Shown: positions 59,903 to 64,000 of the stretch, in pieces
How positions within the stretch are numbered: the stretch's first letter is position 1
Layout: every line of letters starts with the position of its first letter
NCBI RefSeq assembly: GCF_009914755.1
Contig: NC_060926.1
From: the human T2T-CHM13v2.0 reference genome, Homo sapiens
Direction: 5' to 3' (one strand)
Length of the DNA: 64,000 bases
Translations under genes and position numbers: made by a program
Notes under the pieces: model-generated
Databases searched by the model: none
Seen by the model: the letters and a program-made list of their open reading frames with translations, nothing else
Told to the model about the DNA's origin: nothing

Positions 59903-60198
59903 TTTTTTTTTTTTTTGAAATGGAGTTTCGTTCTTGTAGTCCAGGCTGGAGTGCACTGGCACAATCTCGGCTCACCTCAACCTCTGCCTCTTGGGTTCAA
60001 GTGATTCTCCTGCCTCAGCCTCCTGAATAGCTGGAACTACAGGTGCACGCCACCACACCCAGCTAGTTTTTGGTATTTTTAGTAGAGACGGGGTTTCACA
60101 ATGTTGGCCAGGCTTGTCTCAAACTTCTGACCTTGTGATTTGCCCGCCTTGGCATCCCAAAGTGCTGGGATTACAGATGTGAGCCATTGTGCCCGGCC
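59903..60198 (-). mobile_element. AluS
   Basis: Full antisense Alu; TSD atttttatgtta at 59891-59902 and 60201-60212. Confidence 0.96.
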
Positions 60199-61874
60199 AT
60201 ATTTTTATGTTAAAATAGTCAGCACATGAAAGAGATACTGTTAAACAACTTTATCAAATAGCAGTCCTGTGTCGCAGGGTGATTTATTAAATCAGTTAAG
60301 TCAATAAACAGTTATTGAATACCTACTGTGTGAGGGGGTTACAGAGATGAGAGGACACAGTTCTTGTCTTTGGCTCACTTTAACTGATGTAAGTAGGACC
60401 ACAACATAAGGCAATTGCTGCACAATGGAAGGGCGCACCATTTATTACAGGTGAACAGGAGGCTCTGCAATAGTGGCCTGGAAGGGAGTAACACAGTGTC
60501 TGAGAAGGGCATGTTGTTTCCTCATAAATAACCTGGAACATGATTCATATTGTTGGAATTAAGAGTTGGATAAAGAAGCATTTATTTAAAACGTTGTCAG
60601 GGACATGGAGCTCTTCCCAAGGAGCCAAAATACCATTTAGAGTTCTAGAGATCCTGCATTCTTGTTTTGACTGCATGCTCTGGATAGTTTGCAGTTCAGG
60701 TAAGAACAATTCCAACTTCCAGATGAGATTAGAGCCTAGAAGGGGTTTAATCTTCAAATCATCTGCTAACTTAAAAACAAAATTTGGAAACAGTAATGAT
60801 TAACCTGATTAAAGCTGCTCTCAAGGATCAACCAGTAAAAGAAGTGATAGCGGTGTCAACAATACCACATAAAGTAGCAGGATTTGTATGTCAGCAGTCC
60901 CATTTTTCAAGATGCCAAGTCTAAATCTATTTCCTACCCATATTTAAATGAGGAGCCAGTTTTGGAGGAATTTTACTTGTCAAGTGTGAAAGAGAGGAAG
61001 AGTCAGAAGACACTCTTTCCAAGAATTCTGTGGATAAAAGGAGGGTTTTTTTTTTTAAACCAAACCTCAAAATTTTACTCTTCAGAAGGAGATTTTTTTT
61101 TTTTTTGAAGTCCGATGGCAGCAGGATGTGAGATTCCCAGTTCAGTGGTGCTGGGAGTTAAGCAGAAGAAGGTGGAGATCTTTCTTCTTCATAGCATGTG
61201 CTCCTTTCACAGAAGCAGCTTGTTAATCGTCAGGAAGGATTTCAGACAACCTAGTGATGATTTCCAGCTCAACTGCTTCCCTTCCATGAGGCACCGATAC
61301 CCTATTTGTGTGTGATAAGGTGATGATTTCCCTTTCATCTCAAAGCTCTGACTCAAGTGGTTGGAGGGGCTTGGTGATGCGAAGGCTGAGAGAGATACAG
61401 AGATGAAGGATGATTTCTTTACCAATGACACTTCTTTAGGTATCTCAGTTGTTATTGTTTCTAGAATTAGTATAAGATTTTTCAGAGGACAATAGGAGAA
61501 ATAGCTAAGTTAGCATCAGACAATATACCAGCTTTAGTTGCTATAACTAAGAGCCTGGTAGGCATATGTCTGTGATTGCTTGTGGTCATATTAGTGCTGC
61601 AACTTGGAGATGTTGAAACCTTCCTTTGTCCTAACCATTAAATTCTTGAGGCAAAGATTGCCTAATTCTTCTCTGTGTTTTACTTGGTAGGAGTACATTT
61701 TCAGCGTTCAGATAACATTATTTTGACTACTTATCAGTAATTTGTTTCATTCCTTTTCCACAGATAATATTTGTTTTTGGTAGTTTCCAAAAATGACTGA
61801 TTTGGTGTTTCAAGTATTTTTAAGCACTGGGAAAGAATATAAGTTGTTTTTAGCTTTTTATCTTTCTAGTTTCT

Positions 61875-62145
61875 AGGCAGTGTGGATATTCCATACTGGT
61901 TAAGATTATAGGCTCTGGACTTAAACTCTCTGGATTCAGTAGTGGCTCAGTTACTCACTAGCTGTAAACATGGGCAAGTTTCTTAATGTTCTCTAGTTTT
62001 CAGTTTTCTCATTTATAAAACAGAGATACTGATAGTATTTACATTTAGGGTTGTTGTGAGGAGGAAAGGGAATAATCCATGCTGTACACTTATATATGTA
62101 CAATGCAGTCCATGCAATGGCACATAGTTAGCACTCAATATATAT
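61875..62145 (+). mobile_element. MIR SINE
   Basis: ggttaaga...ctcactagctgt...gggcaagtt...cagttttctcatttataaaa...gttgttgtgagga. Confidence 0.75.
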
Positions 62146-62353
62146 CATCATCATCATCATCTTCATTACCAGCAGCTGCAGCAGTTTAGAGACCAGGACA
62201 GAGTCATGGTTAAGAGAGCAGGCTTTCAGAGAAGGCCAATTCAAATTGCATACCAGATACTGCCCAAAAATAAGAGTGAAGGGAAAATCAAAGATGGACT
62301 CTGATGCCCGGTGCCCAGCAAAATGATGTAGGCTAAAAAGTTATTACCTGCTC

Positions 62354-64000
62354 AAATAAAAAATGGGCAAAAGAACTGAACAGATACCTCACTAAAAATA
62401 TACATGATGACAAGCATATGGAAAGATGTCATTTTTGTCATTAGGGAATTGCAAATTAGACAAGATTAGGCATGTTCAAGGTAGTATGGCTGTAGATGAG
62501 AATTGCAAATTAAACAACAATAAGAAACCACTGTACACCTATTAGAATGGCAAAAATCCAAAAAAACTGACAATACCAATTGCTGGCAAGAATGCAGAGC
62601 AAAAGGAACCCTCATTCATTGCTTCTGGGAAAACAAAATGGAACAGCCACTTTAAAAGATAGTTTGACAGTTTCCTACAAAGCTAAATATAGTCTTATCA
62701 CACCAGAAATTGTACTCCTAGTTATTTACCAAATGGATTTGAAAACTTGTCTACACAAAAACCTACATGTGAATGTTTTGACAGCTTTATTAATAATTTC
62801 TGAAAACTAGAAACAACAAAAATGTCCTTTAATAGGTGATTAGATAAATTGTGGTATATCATAAAATAAAATATTATTCATTGATAAACAGAAATAGCTA
62901 TCAAGCCACAAAAAGAAATGGATGAATCTTAAATGCATATTGCTAAGTGAAAGGCTACATACTCTATGGTTCCAATTATATGATATTCTGGAAAAGTGAC
63001 TGTAGTAATAGTAAAACTATTAGTGGTTGCTGGCAGAGGAAGCAGGGTTGAGTAGGTGAAGTACAGAGAATTTTTTAGGGTGGTGATGCTATTTTGTATG
63101 ATATTGTAATTATGGATATATGATACTATGTATTTGTTAAAACCCATAGAACTTTATAGTACACAGAGTGAACCTTAATGTATGCAAATGAAAAAATAAT
63201 TTAAGGGGTTGGGGGATCCTAGGATTGAATGCAGAATGTGACAAGACGATAAAAGGAACCAAGGAAAAGGAACCAAGGCTCCTTATGTAAGTGGATGATT
63301 CTAGGACTGGGCAGGAGATGTACGCGATGAACCTGTAGTATCTTGTAGTGCCATGAAGTAAGGAAGAGCTTAAAACAAAACAATAACAACAACAAACAAA
63401 TCCACAAGAATGGGTTATATCAAAGGGACCCAGGAGCCAACTGAAAGAGCTTCCAATGGCCACCACTGGAACTGTTTGAGCAACAACATAAAGTAGTACT
63501 GGAACCTGCCCCACCGCCACCCCAAATAAAATAGATCCGTGAGTCCATACTGATATAAAGAGTACAGTGTGGAAAGGTGGGTTAAAGTAACTTTACAGTG
63601 GAGAAACCCAACAAAAACTAGCCAGGTGAGCAAGGTTAACCTCAACAGTGAGAAATCATTTGATAGTATATATTCTCTATACATACATATTTATCACTTG
63701 ATATGATAAAAATGGCACCTTACCTCTGTTGTCTTCCTCCTCCAAACCCATAACCCCAGTCTGATCATGAGAAAAACATCAGATAAATCCCAGTTCAGGG
63801 ACATGTTATATAATACTTGACCAGTACTCAAAACTAATAAGGTAATCAAAAACAGGAAAAGAATGAGAAACTATCACAGCCGAGAGGAGCCTAAGGCGGA
63901 GACATGTCAACTAACTGCAGTGTGGTTTCCTGGATGAGAGCCTGGAACAGAAAGAGGGCGTTAGGCAAAAACTAAGGAAATTAGAAGAAAATATGGATTT
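62354..64000 (+). mobile_element. Old L1 (L1MC/L1MD-like) ORF2 end and 3' UTR, runs off the window
   Basis: aaatgggcaaaaga..tgaacagatacctcac...acctattagaatggc...aaaacccatagaact...gtcttcctcctccaaacccataacccc. Confidence 0.85.
62458..62497 (-). pseudogene. Tailless 5S rRNA retropseudogene (5S nt 1-40)
   Basis: Reverse complement matches GTCTACGGCCATACCACCCTGAACGCGCCCGATCTCGTCT at 31/40, all transitions and mostly at CpG; flanked by 15-bp TSD g(g/a)gaattgcaaatta at 62444-62458 and 62498-62512. Confidence 0.85.

Noticed and set aside
63251-63278. 14-bp tandem duplication aaaaggaaccaagg (similar short ones near 24027, 36022, 39142)
   Set aside because: These are ordinary small slippage duplications.

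Overview
Primate (most likely human) genomic DNA: AT-rich, CpG-depleted, no CpG island, and densely covered by Alu, L1, L2, MIR, MaLR/ERVL LTRs and hAT/Tigger DNA-transposon fossils. I cannot support any complete protein-coding gene; the long ORFs are L1 ORF2 remnants, Alu or simple-repeat translations, or chance ORFs. The window looks like part of a long intron, or possibly intergenic DNA. I could not identify a host gene; splice-like signals on the + strand suggest + transcription, which is an inference. The main finding is a chained, multi-template insertion at 37.8-38.3 kb. It sits inside an Alu whose original target-site duplication still brackets the event, and it is built from an inverted copy of 49.66-49.89 kb, slippage repeats and a direct copy of 39.22-39.46 kb (FoSTeS/MMBIR-like). 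Other findings include a 22-bp pre-miRNA-like hairpin (56,983-57,034), a tailless 5S rRNA retropseudogene with a TSD, a three-layer nested TE (MER21 > Tigger3 > L1PA) and a twin-primed L1. There is also a candidate microexon plus terminal exon, a candidate recursive splice site, a perfect 43-bp tandem duplication and a (CTT)22 tract. Repeat subfamily calls come from remembered consensus motifs and need RepeatMasker/Dfam confirmation; all alignments were done by eye.
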